Source: Alphaproteobacteria bacterium (lineage in GTDB: Bacteria > Pseudomonadota > Alphaproteobacteria > JAJTHO01 > CANGXP01). From it: 31,958 nt of DNA. The position numbers and the translations under genes were made by a program. This document shows, in pieces, positions 17,112 to 25,705 of this stretch (the first letter of the stretch is position 1; every line of letters begins with the position of its first letter). The stretch is from NCBI GenBank assembly GCA_044376545.1, contig JBILKT010000001.1, positions 1 through 31,958 on the forward strand, given 5' to 3'. The notes beneath the pieces are model-generated. The model did not search any database and was not told where the DNA came from. It saw only the letters and a program-made list of their open reading frames with translations.

Positions 17112-18359
17112 TTAAAGGGATAAACCTTTTTTTATTTCCTCTATGGCGATTTTTTGCTGCACGCCGCTATCCAAATTTTTCACCGTCAGGCTACGCGTTG
17201 CCAGCTCTTCTTCCCCCACGAGCACTGCATAGAGGGCATTAATTTTATTGGATTTTTTGAATTTTTTCGCCACGTTACCGCTGGTGATCAGCTCTGCCAT
17301 GATGCCTTGCCCGCGTAAATTCTGCACCACTGTGAACGCATAACTCTCTTGCGCGTCCGCCATGGCAATGACTGCAACAGGACGCGGCAGAGGATGTAGC
17401 GGCGGCAAGAGCAACGCAAGGCGCTCAATCCCCGCTGCCCAGCCAATGCCTGCCGTGGGTTTCCCGCCCATCATTTCAATGAGTCCGTCATAGCGCCCGC
17501 CAGCCAGCACGGTTGCCTGTGCGCCCAACCCATCGGAAATAATTTCAAACGCGGTGTGCGAATAATAATCTAATCCCCGCACCAACCGCGGATTCACCAC
17601 AACGGGAATCTCCAACAACGCTAAATAGTCCTGCACTGCTGCAAAATAGGCGGTTGCCTCATCGCTCATGCTGTCTTTTAAAGACGGCGCACCCGTTATA
17701 ATCTCTTGATCGCCTGCATCCTTTGAATCTAAAATCCGCAACGGATTACGCACCAAGCGCTCTTGGCTATCGGCCGACAAACTGGTTTTATAGCGTTCTA
17801 AATAGGCAACGAGTGCCGTGCGATACGCCGTGCGGCTCGCCTCATCCCCGAGTGAGTTGATTTCCAAGCGCAAATTGCCCTGCAACTGCAATTCTCTCAA
17901 AAAATGCCACCCCAACGCAAGGGTTTCTGCATCGGCAAGCGGGGTGCTCACCCCTAAAAATTCCACGCCCACTTGATGAAACTGCCGCTGTCTGCCCTTT
18001 TGCGGGCGTTCATAGCGGAACATCGCGCCCGTATACCAATATTTGAGCGGCAAAAAATCATAGAGTTTATTGCTGATGACCGACCGCGCAACCCCCGCCG
18101 TCCCTTCAGGACGCAAGGTGAGCGACTCACCACCCCTGTCGCTAAACGAATACATTTCTTTCGACACAACATCGGATGTCTCGCCCAAGGTGCGCGCAAA
18201 CACCTCTGTAAATTCAAACAGCGGCGTGGCAATTTCTTGATAGCCATAATTTTCCGCCACTGTTTGCAATGTCTGCACAACATGCCGCTGCACCCGCGCT
18301 GCGTCGGGCAGAAGATCGTGTGTGCCGCGCACGGGCTGAAGCAATTTTGTATCTGTCAT
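17112..18359 (-). CDS. hisS: Histidine--tRNA ligase
   Basis: QPVRGTHDLLP, LRPEGTAG, FRYERPQKGRQRQFHQ, LVRGLDYY, GGRYDGL, GWAAGIERL. Confidence 0.97.
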   Translation of the reverse strand: MTDTKLLQPVRGTHDLLPDAARVQRHVVQTLQTVAENYGYQEIATPLFEFTEVFARTLGETSDVVSKEMYSFSDRGGESLTLRPEGTAGVARSVISNKLYDFLPLKYWYTGAMFRYERPQKGRQRQFHQVGVEFLGVSTPLADAETLALGWHFLRELQLQGNLRLEINSLGDEASRTAYRTALVAYLERYKTSLSADSQERLVRNPLRILDSKDAGDQEIITGAPSLKDSMSDEATAYFAAVQDYLALLEIPVVVNPRLVRGLDYYSHTAFEIISDGLGAQATVLAGGRYDGLIEMMGGKPTAGIGWAAGIERLALLLPPLHPLPRPVAVIAMADAQESYAFTVVQNLRGQGIMAELITSGNVAKKFKKSNKINALYAVLVGEEELATRSLTVKNLDSGVQQKIAIEEIKKGLSL

Positions 18360-18381
18360 GTGTATATAAATAAAATTGTTG

Positions 18382-18403
18382 ACTAATATATATATATATT
18401 AGT
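18382..18403. repeat. Perfect 22-bp palindrome containing (AT)7
   Basis: actaatatatatatatattagt equals its own reverse complement; it lies between the divergent hisS and the orphan ORF. Confidence 0.9.
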
Positions 18404-18438
18404 GTGAATGCATCCATTTTGTATAGTAGAGAAATCGA

Positions 18439-18744
18439 ATGTTGAATAACACACGCAAAGTCAGTTTTGATCAACTCACCGAAGCAGGACAGCGTTATAT
18501 TTACCAAAAACCAGCATCTTCAGTAACTCCATCGCAACTGCTGATCCAAGCAGATACATTAAAGTTTTTATCTCTGCTAGTATTCAAACAATATTTTGGC
18601 TACTATCGGAATAATGAATGGCCTGTCTTTTGTGACGAGTTAGTTTTTGAAGAATTATTAAGTGAAATCGACAAACGTAATATCCATCACAATATTGCGA
18701 AAGCGATTATTTCTTATGTCAACGATTTGAGTTCAGAAATCTAA
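18439..18744 (+). CDS. Hypothetical protein (101 aa), AT-rich
   Basis: Clean ATG-TAA ORF in an otherwise unexplained gap; about 35% GC by hand count versus about 50% in sampled hisS lines. Confidence 0.6.
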   Translation: MLNNTRKVSFDQLTEAGQRYIYQKPASSVTPSQLLIQADTLKFLSLLVFKQYFGYYRNNEWPVFCDELVFEELLSEIDKRNIHHNIAKAIISYVNDLSSEI

Positions 18745-18756
18745 ACAGATTTAACC

Positions 18757-18789
18757 TAAAAAGAAGAGAGGCCTAAAAACCTCTCTTCT
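18757..18789 (-). terminator. Probable intrinsic terminator for the ispG-lipoprotein transcript
   Basis: 10-bp stem agaagagagg (18762-18771) / cctctcttct (18780-18789) preceded by an A-run, which is a U-tract after the stem on the minus strand. Confidence 0.7.
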
Positions 18790-18801
18790 CCCCTTCCCCC
18801 C

Positions 18802-18925
18802 CAGGGCGATTGCATTAGAAAAAATAACTCATTGAAAAATAATGGTTTTTCAGAATTTCAACATTAAAGCCTATCGCGTAACTTATTGTTTTTAAAGGAA
18901 TAAAATTCCTAATGCGATTGCCCTG
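18802..18925. mobile_element. 124-bp MITE with CAGGG ends (ISAs1-like), copy 1
   Basis: TIR cagggcgattgcattag / ctaatgcgattgccctg (15/17); perfect 10-bp flanking direct repeat ccttcccccc (18792-18801, 18926-18935); 121/124 identical to copy 2. Confidence 0.92.
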
Positions 18926-18934
18926 CCTTCCCCC

Positions 18935-19621
18935 CTACTTCTTCTGCTCAGCCGCCTTATCCCCATTCCCCTGCAACTGCAGTTGTAAATCTTTCGCCGC
19001 ATCTTTTAGGGAATCTGCGGCCTCACCAGCTTTTTTCGCGGCTTCTGTCGCTGTGTCACCCACAGTGCTTTTAATCGCCCCAAAAGTTGTTTGCTCAGTT
19101 GGCTGCGTTGTTGCCGTATTGGCATTAATCACCGCATTAGATTGTTGCAGCGCAAATTCTTCCGTTTGCGCTTGAATTTTCGCGCTGTTTTGGATGAATT
19201 TTTTGCCTGTATCGGTGCTCAGGAATTGGCTGATTTGCGTCAATTCTTGCGCGCTAAACGTTTGCTGCAACAGATTTTTTTGGTTTTCCGCCACGGCAGG
19301 ATAGGTGGCTTTAAACGCCTCTAGAAGTTTCGTTGATTGTTCTTTGTTCACAGAACCACCACTCAAGGTTTGCGACTCAAACAGCGGTGTTACGCGCTCT
19401 ACCACACGGTTAAAGGTGCCTTGGGTGTCTAGTGCCGCAGTGATGGTTGTCACCGCATCATTGGCAACACTGTTGGCTGCTTGTTGTTGCGGCACAGGTG
19501 TTTGCTCTGTCGTCACGCTCGAAACTGTTGTGGTATCGGCGGTTTTTGGCTTATCGCAAGCCGCGATAAGGGTAAGCATTGCAAGAGCCGAAGCCTGCAG
19601 GGTTTTAGTAAATATAGCCAT
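18935..19621 (-). CDS. Lipoprotein with a DUF2059-like domain (ATG 19621 preferred over GTG 19630)
   Basis: Signal peptide with lipobox IAAC; FSAQELTQISQFLSTDTGKK resembles the DUF2059 motif; GGAG 8 nt before the ATG; Ala/Lys-rich helical tail. Confidence 0.7.
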   Translation of the reverse strand: MAIFTKTLQASALAMLTLIAACDKPKTADTTTVSSVTTEQTPVPQQQAANSVANDAVTTITAALDTQGTFNRVVERVTPLFESQTLSGGSVNKEQSTKLLEAFKATYPAVAENQKNLLQQTFSAQELTQISQFLSTDTGKKFIQNSAKIQAQTEEFALQQSNAVINANTATTQPTEQTTFGAIKSTVGDTATEAAKKAGEAADSLKDAAKDLQLQLQGNGDKAAEQKK

Positions 19622-19642
19622 AAGAGTCACTCCAAAAAATAG

Positions 19643-20755
19643 TTATGCGGCGTTGGTCACTGCCGCTTCAATTTGTGCTGCCCTCTTTTCAATAAGGTCA
19701 ACCAGATGGTCAACAATGTTTGTATCTTTAATGCGGTGGTCTTGCAAGCCATTTACATACATTTGATGGGTATGATTGCCGCCGCCTGCCAGCCCAATAT
19801 CCGTCATTAACGCTTCCCCTGGGCCATTCACCACACAGCCAATCACCGAAACAGTAATCGGCGTTTTGATATGCGCCACGCGTTTTTCCAGTTCTTCCAC
19901 CGTCTTAATCACCTGAAATTGTTGACGCGCACAAGAGGGGCAAGAAATCACTGTCACGCCTCTGCGCCGCAAATCAAGGCTTTTCAGAATTTCCCAGCCT
20001 ACCTTAATTTCTTCTACGGGATCAGCCGAGAGTGATACACGAATGGTGTCGCCAATGCCGTCCCACAACAGCGTGCCTAACCCTAAAGACGATTTGACCG
20101 TGCCTGTTGTAAGCCCCCCTGCCTCGGTAATGCCCAAATGCAGCGGATAGTCACAGTGTTTCGCGAGTTCCCGATACGCCGCGACCGCCAAGAAAATATT
20201 GGAGGCTTTCACGCTGATTTTAAAATTGAAAAAATCATTATCTTCCAGAATTTTTGCGTGTTCCAGCGCACTTTCCACCATTGCCTCAGGGCATGGCTCT
20301 TTATATTTTTCCAGCAAATGCTTTTCAAGGCTACCCGCATTCACGCCAATGCGCATGGAACAGCCATAATCTTTTGCCGCCCGAATAACCTCCCGCACCC
20401 GCTCTTCAGACCCAATATTTCCGGGGTTGATGCGCAAACACGCCGCGCCATTTTTGGCGGCTTCAATCCCCCGTTGATAATGAAAATGAATATCTGCCAC
20501 AATCGGCACGGATACAGCAGGAATGATATATTTTAACGCTGCACTTGATGCTTCATCAGGCACGGAAACCCGCACAATATCTGCCCCTGCCTCTTCCAAG
20601 GCTTTAATTTGCGCGATGGTGCCTTGAATGTCCGTTGTCAACGTATTGGTCATCGATTGCACCGCAATGGGCGCGTCTCCGCCCACTAACACGTTGCCGA
20701 CCGTAATCTGCCGACTTTTGCGGCGCGTAATTTTATAAGAGGGATGATCGTGCAT
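19643..20755 (-). CDS. ispG: 4-hydroxy-3-methylbut-2-en-1-yl diphosphate synthase (370 aa from ATG 20755)
   Basis: [52 protein letters not shown] and GCVVNGPGE Fe-S cysteines. Confidence 0.97.
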   Translation of the reverse strand: MHDHPSYKITRRKSRQITVGNVLVGGDAPIAVQSMTNTLTTDIQGTIAQIKALEEAGADIVRVSVPDEASSAALKYIIPAVSVPIVADIHFHYQRGIEAAKNGAACLRINPGNIGSEERVREVIRAAKDYGCSMRIGVNAGSLEKHLLEKYKEPCPEAMVESALEHAKILEDNDFFNFKISVKASNIFLAVAAYRELAKHCDYPLHLGITEAGGLTTGTVKSSLGLGTLLWDGIGDTIRVSLSADPVEEIKVGWEILKSLDLRRRGVTVISCPSCARQQFQVIKTVEELEKRVAHIKTPITVSVIGCVVNGPGEALMTDIGLAGGGNHTHQMYVNGLQDHRIKDTNIVDHLVDLIEKRAAQIEAAVTNAA

Positions 20756-20883
20756 AGGCGTTATTTCCGAGACAGGCCCCTTACCTGTTGCACAGAAAGG
20801 CTGTACAACGTAGCGTAATCGCCACAAAGGACGTACCGCTCGCAAAGAATTTTTGAGAGACCTTCAATGCGAGCGGTATCCGA

Positions 20884-21582
20884 TTAATTACGCTGATTGC
20901 CAAAGAAACGGAGGAGTTGCAGGAACAACATAATGAAGTTTGCAAACAAACTGAGTGCACCATAAAGCGCAATTTTGTTTTGCATCTCGCCTGCAGGAAC
21001 TTGGTAGTAGACATCACGCAGACGCTGAGTATCATAAGCAATCATGCCAATGAGGGCGATGGTGAAGATTGCACTCAGCGCAAAGCCAAACACACTACTG
21101 CCAACAAAAATATTGATAATGCTTCCTAGCATCACACCAATCATCCCAATCGCAAGCAAACTACCGAGGCTAGAAAGATCTTTTTTGGTGGTGTAGCCAT
21201 ACAGGCTCATGCCGCCAAATACGGCAGCGGTTTGGAAGAAAGCGCGGGCAATGCTTTGCGTGTCATACGGTGCGATAGCAATCGCGGTGAACACGCCTAA
21301 ACAGGCGGCATACCCCCAAAACAGCCCTTGCATGGCGGTGACAGACAAACGATTCATCCCAAATCCTGCAACAAGACTGATGCCCATCGCCCCAAAACCA
21401 AAAAGCATGACGTTTGGTGCAAGGCGCGCAAACATGGCTTCATTGGTGAGAACGACGTAGGCAATGACGCCAGACAGCGCGAGGGCGCCAGCAACATAAT
21501 TGTAAATACGCAGCATATAGCTACGCAAGCCTTGATCAATAGTCGCGGCTTGCGCACGATTCATGTAATTAGGTTGTACCAT
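20884..21582 (-). CDS. Bax inhibitor-1/YccA family membrane protein
   Basis: IDQGLRSYMLRIY, seven hydrophobic segments, YGYTTKKDLS, AYDTQRL, GALSLF..FI.LFL.LL.FFG. Confidence 0.93.
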   Translation of the reverse strand: MVQPNYMNRAQAATIDQGLRSYMLRIYNYVAGALALSGVIAYVVLTNEAMFARLAPNVMLFGFGAMGISLVAGFGMNRLSVTAMQGLFWGYAACLGVFTAIAIAPYDTQSIARAFFQTAAVFGGMSLYGYTTKKDLSSLGSLLAIGMIGVMLGSIINIFVGSSVFGFALSAIFTIALIGMIAYDTQRLRDVYYQVPAGEMQNKIALYGALSLFANFIMLFLQLLRFFGNQRN

Positions 21583-21641
21583 TGTATCCTCTATATAATT
21601 TTACAACACACTCGGCGTGTGTTTTGATTTTTAGTACTTGT

Positions 21642-21669
21642 ACTATACTAAATTAAGAATTTTTTGCAA
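21642..21669 (-). promoter_or_regulatory. Candidate sigma70 promoter of the yccA-like gene
   Basis: Minus strand TTGCAA-N16-TATAGT about 60 nt upstream of ATG 21582. Confidence 0.45.
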
Positions 21670-21736
21670 GTTTTTCAAGAGAGCCACAACAATTTCCCCC
21701 AAAAATAATTACAAGCCATTGATTTAAATCTCAAAA

Positions 21737-22510
21737 CTATTTTTTGCTAAACAGAATAGTCCGCAATGATTCTCCTTTTGTATAACGCTGTTTAATATCC
21801 TTGAAGTAGGCGAGGTTTTTCGCTTTCTCTTCTGCTGTAAGTTTCTTTGTAAGGAGTATTGTTGCTTTATCTTCTTGATTATTAAGCATATACGCAAGGG
21901 CAAGATTGCCAATTTGTTGGGGGGTTGCCCTCTCTTGCGATACAATCTTTTCCAACACAAGAATGGCGTTTTTGTAATCACCCGTCATCAGTAATGAAAA
22001 GCTCTGATTATTGAGAATCGTTAAGTCATTCGGGGATTTTTCTAAGGCAAGTTTATAGTGCTGCTGCGCGGCTTTGTAAGCGCCGAGCATATCATATACC
22101 ACGCCTAATGCAGAAAAATTACTACCCGTTGGGCTAACGCGCACAATGCGTTCTAGGTAAGGGCGGGCGGCAGTTGCATCCCCGTCTAACATATAAGCAC
22201 GGCCAATCCCGCGCAACGCATTGAGATTGTTTTCGTCTTGTTTCAAGACTGCCTTATAAATTTTTATGGCTTCTACGGTGTTATTTTGTAGAATATAGCA
22301 GGCAGCGAGTTTATTTTTGATGTCTATATTGAAGGGATCGCCTATCAGCGCCTTTTGATATAATTCTATTGCTTTCGGGATGTTACGATTTTTGAGTGCA
22401 ACATCGGCAAGAGTCCCATTTGCTGTGCCCCCTGATTTTTGGGTGGCAGGCGTTTCGCATCCACTCAGCATGATAAAAACAGCCACGCAAACAAGTATTA
22501 TTTTGTTCAT
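21737..22510 (-). CDS. TPR-repeat lipoprotein (TadD/CpaO-like), 257 aa from ATG 22510
   Basis: MNKIILVCVAVFIMLSGC lipobox; tandem TPR helices; LGVVYDMLG...A...Y..AL, ILNNQSFSLLM.GD, NLALAY. Confidence 0.75.
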   Translation of the reverse strand: MNKIILVCVAVFIMLSGCETPATQKSGGTANGTLADVALKNRNIPKAIELYQKALIGDPFNIDIKNKLAACYILQNNTVEAIKIYKAVLKQDENNLNALRGIGRAYMLDGDATAARPYLERIVRVSPTGSNFSALGVVYDMLGAYKAAQQHYKLALEKSPNDLTILNNQSFSLLMTGDYKNAILVLEKIVSQERATPQQIGNLALAYMLNNQEDKATILLTKKLTAEEKAKNLAYFKDIKQRYTKGESLRTILFSKK

Positions 22511-22591
22511 AAAACACCCTTTCAAGAAATATTTCTTGCAAACAAACCGATTGCTGATGAAAAAGCAATCTTTATTGATTATGTTTCTCAT

Positions 22592-23125
22592 ATGACGCTT
22601 CTCAAAATATACACAGCGCCCGATCCTGTTTTAAAAAAAGTTGCAGCCCCTGTTGCAACCATAACAGACGAAACACGGCAAATTTTATCCGATATGCTGG
22701 AGACGATGTATGCGGCTCCTGGTATTGGCCTCGCTGCGCCACAGGTGGGGATGAGTCAACGGCTTATTGTGTTGGATGTGTCGCGTGATAAGGAAAATCC
22801 GCAACCCTATAAGATGGTCAACCCCGAAATTATCGCTGTCTCTGAGGAAGATTCTCGTTATGAGGAAGGCTGTTTGTCCCTGCCCCAGCATTATGCAGAT
22901 GTAGTACGCCCTGCACGGGTCACACTAAAATATTTAGATGAAAATGGCTCGCCCCACACGCTGGAGGCGGACGGTCTCCTTGCAACCTGCATACAACATG
23001 AAATGGATCATCTAGAAGGCATTTTGTTTGTGGATCATATTTCTGCGCTTAAGCGCACTATGATTCTGCGCAAACTTCTTAAAACTAAGAAAGAGCAGCA
23101 AGAAAACGCTGCGCACAAACTGTAA
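22592..23125 (+). CDS. def: Peptide deformylase (177 aa from ATG 22592)
   Basis: PDPVLKK, GIGLAAPQVG, EGCLS, QHEMDHLEG. Confidence 0.97.
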   Translation: MTLLKIYTAPDPVLKKVAAPVATITDETRQILSDMLETMYAAPGIGLAAPQVGMSQRLIVLDVSRDKENPQPYKMVNPEIIAVSEEDSRYEEGCLSLPQHYADVVRPARVTLKYLDENGSPHTLEADGLLATCIQHEMDHLEGILFVDHISALKRTMILRKLLKTKKEQQENAAHKL

Positions 23126-24042
23126 TGCGTCTCGTCTTTATGGGAACACCTGCTTTTGCCGTTGCGGCGGTGGCAGCTTTGCATCAAAGCCAAGAGATTG
23201 CGGCAGTTTACACACAACCCCCCAAACCAGCAGGACGCGGACAAAAAGAAAAGCCCTCGGCTGTGCATATGTGGGCATTAGAACATCATATCCCTGTATA
23301 TACGCCAAAAACCTTAAAAACACTGGAGGCACAACAAGAATTTGCAGCACTTCAAGCAGATATTGCTGTTGTTGCTGCTTACGGACTCATTTTACCCCCC
23401 CCCATTTTAACCGCCCCTCAGTGGGGTTGTTTGAATATTCATGCCTCGCTGTTGCCACGCTGGCGTGGTGCGGCCCCTATTCATCGCGCGATTGAGGCAG
23501 GCGATACACAAACGGGCATTACCATCATGCAAATGGATGCGGGGCTGGATACGGGCGATATGTTGCTCACAAAGACAGTTCCCCTAGCCAACACCATGAC
23601 AACAGCAACATTGCACGATATTCTTGCCGCATTGGGAGCTGACGCGATATGTGAAGCATTACAAAACCTCCGCTTCTTAACACCCACGTCTCAGCCTTCT
23701 CAAGGCGTGACATATGCGGCAAAAATCACCAAGGCAGAAGCTGCAATTGATTGGCATGAAGAGGCATGTGTAATTGAACGCAAAATACGGGCATTTTATC
23801 CACATCCTGCCGCATGGTTTTCCCATAATGGTGAGACGTTTAAAGTGCTTGCGGCGACGGTTGAAGCAGGACATGGGCAAAACGCGTCGGGTACATTGCT
23901 TGATGAGGGATTATTGGTTGCTTGTGGTGCTAATACCGCATTGCGCATTACAAAAATCCAACGCCAAGGAAAATCTGCGCTTTCTGCGGGGGATTTTTTA
24001 CGCGGGTATCCTCTAAAAAAAGGCGATTCCCTTGCGCTTTAA
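23125..24042 (+). CDS. fmt: Methionyl-tRNA formyltransferase
   Basis: MRLVFMGTPAFA, TQPPKPAGRG, VVAAYGLIL, NIHASLLPRWRGAAPI, GLDTGD; TAATG overlap with def. Confidence 0.97.
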   Translation: MRLVFMGTPAFAVAAVAALHQSQEIAAVYTQPPKPAGRGQKEKPSAVHMWALEHHIPVYTPKTLKTLEAQQEFAALQADIAVVAAYGLILPPPILTAPQWGCLNIHASLLPRWRGAAPIHRAIEAGDTQTGITIMQMDAGLDTGDMLLTKTVPLANTMTTATLHDILAALGADAICEALQNLRFLTPTSQPSQGVTYAAKITKAEAAIDWHEEACVIERKIRAFYPHPAAWFSHNGETFKVLAATVEAGHGQNASGTLLDEGLLVACGANTALRITKIQRQGKSALSAGDFLRGYPLKKGDSLAL

Positions 24043-24781
24043 AATTATACTTGAATATGACGGTCGTCCTTTTCGGGGTTGGCAGCGGCAGGAAAGCCGC
24101 ATTGCTTCCGTCCAACAAACAGTTGAAGACGCACTTTTTGCTTTTTGTGGAGAGGAAATCACCTTGGTTGCGGCAGGACGCACCGATGCAGGGGTACATG
24201 CCCTTGGACAGGTTTGTCATTTCGATATACAGAAGCCTACAACAGCCTACACCGTTCGTCGTGCCCTTAATTATCACCTGCGAGGGAAAGCCGTAAAAGT
24301 GCTGTTTGCTGAAGAAGTGCCACAAGACTTTAGCGCCCGTTTTTCTGCCATGGCGCGTGAGTATGAATATCGGATTCTTAATCGTATTGTCCCACCTGTT
24401 ATGGATGAAGGGCGCGTTTGGCATGTCCACCACGCGTTAAATATTGACGCGATGCGCGAAGCAGCAAACCATCTTTTAGGCTATCATGATTTTACTACGT
24501 TTCGGGATAGTGAATGCCAAGCCAAACACGCCTTAAGAACCTTGGACGTGCTCGATATTTCCACAACGGAGGAATATGTATTTTTTAAAGTCGTTGCGAA
24601 GTCATTCTTGCATCATCAAGTACGCAACATGGTTGGAACGTTGGTGCTCGTGGGACGGGACAAGTGGCCAATAGCACGCGTTAAAACAGCCCTAGAAGCA
24701 CAAGACAGACGCGCAGGAGGCACGCGAGCGCCTGCTGAAGGACTGTACTTTAAAAAGGTTTATTATGCTTCTTACGATTGA
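24032..24781 (+). CDS. truA: tRNA pseudouridine(38-40) synthase, TTG start overlapping fmt
   Basis: EYDG..F.GWQRQ, AGRTDAGVHALGQV, FSARFSA, HDFTTFR, SFLHHQVRNMVG. Confidence 0.96.
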   Translation: MRFKIILEYDGRPFRGWQRQESRIASVQQTVEDALFAFCGEEITLVAAGRTDAGVHALGQVCHFDIQKPTTAYTVRRALNYHLRGKAVKVLFAEEVPQDFSARFSAMAREYEYRILNRIVPPVMDEGRVWHVHHALNIDAMREAANHLLGYHDFTTFRDSECQAKHALRTLDVLDISTTEEYVFFKVVAKSFLHHQVRNMVGTLVLVGRDKWPIARVKTALEAQDRRAGGTRAPAEGLYFKKVYYASYD

Positions 24782-24823
24782 GAACACCCAAAAAAGTCCT
24801 GCTGACAGTCCTGCTGATTATAC

Positions 24824-24851
24824 TTGACAGAAATATATAAATCATTAGGTT
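24824..24851 (+). promoter_or_regulatory. Candidate sigma70 promoter of the rpmH operon
   Basis: TTGACA-N16-TAGGTT followed by a GC-rich cgccac, about 100 nt upstream of rpmH. Confidence 0.55.
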
Positions 24852-24952
24852 CGCCACTTATCCTCTGTTTTTCCCCATCCATCAAATCATTACTTAAGCT
24901 GTAGACGGGGTAAGAGAAAAAATTTTGAGATTAGAGATTTTGGAGTTCTGTC

Positions 24953-25087
24953 GTGAAACGTACATACCAACCCAGCGTCCTCGTTCGTAAAAGACGGCAT
25001 GGTTTTCGCTCTCGCATGGCAACAGCGGCAGGGCGTATTATTTTGGCGCGTCGTCGCGCTAAAGGTCGCAAGCGTTTGAGTGCTTAG
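24953..25087 (+). CDS. rpmH: 50S ribosomal protein L34 (44 aa; not in the ORF track)
   Basis: Manual translation from GTG: [44 protein letters not shown]; SD ggag at 24942. Confidence 0.98.
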   Translation: MKRTYQPSVLVRKRRHGFRSRMATAAGRIILARRRAKGRKRLSA

Positions 25088-25093
25088 GGCATT

Positions 25094-25501
25094 GTGCGCA
25101 TTGTTAACGCTGGCAACACGTTTGTTACCCTCACAAAACGCGCCCATTTCCTGAAAATTCAGGCAAGTGAGTATAAGTTTATAACACCCCGCATGATTCT
25201 TCTTGCGTTGCCCTTGGCTGCGTTCGACATTCCCTTGACACCAAATCAGTTTTACATCGGGTTCACTGTGACCAAAACTATCGGCGGTGCTGTAGAGCGC
25301 AACAGCGTCAAGCGTCGTCTACGCCAGATTCTCCCTGAAGCCTTATCTTTGCATGGCAATCCCCTAGCGGCGTATGCTATTATCGCGCGAAAAGCGGCAC
25401 TAAAAGCCGAATTTACAGATCTTAAAATAGATCTTGAGCGGGGGATTCAATACCTATGTCGAAAGCATTCTTTCTTGCCCTCATCCGCCTCTATAAAATA
25501 G
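25094..25501 (+). CDS. rnpA: Ribonuclease P protein component
   Basis: GFTVTKTIGGAVERNSVKRRLR (RNR-type motif); position after rpmH. Confidence 0.9.
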   Translation: MRIVNAGNTFVTLTKRAHFLKIQASEYKFITPRMILLALPLAAFDIPLTPNQFYIGFTVTKTIGGAVERNSVKRRLRQILPEALSLHGNPLAAYAIIARKAALKAEFTDLKIDLERGIQYLCRKHSFLPSSASIK

Positions 25502-25671
25502 TGCTATCGCCGTTTGTGGGCTATCATTGTCGGTATCTCCCCACCTGTTCCGATTACATGAAAGAAGCAATCCTCAAGCACGGCACGTTAAAAGGCATTT
25601 ACCTTGGCACAAGGCGGTTGCTACGCTGTCATCCTTTTGCAAAAAGGGATATGCACGATCCCTTGCCATAA
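25456..25671 (+). CDS. yidD: Membrane protein insertion efficiency factor YidD
   Basis: Y....SP..G..CRYLPTCSDY, HG..KG, RLLRCHPF. Confidence 0.95.
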   Translation: MSKAFFLALIRLYKIVLSPFVGYHCRYLPTCSDYMKEAILKHGTLKGIYLGTRRLLRCHPFAKRDMHDPLP

Positions 25672-25705
25672 TGTAAGGGGATGTAAGGGGGCCCGTAATT
25701 AAGGG

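Noticed and set aside
24782-25087. Replication origin next to rpmH-rnpA-yidC
   Set aside because: No dnaA and no cluster of DnaA boxes; this operon is usually not at the origin in alphaproteobacteria.
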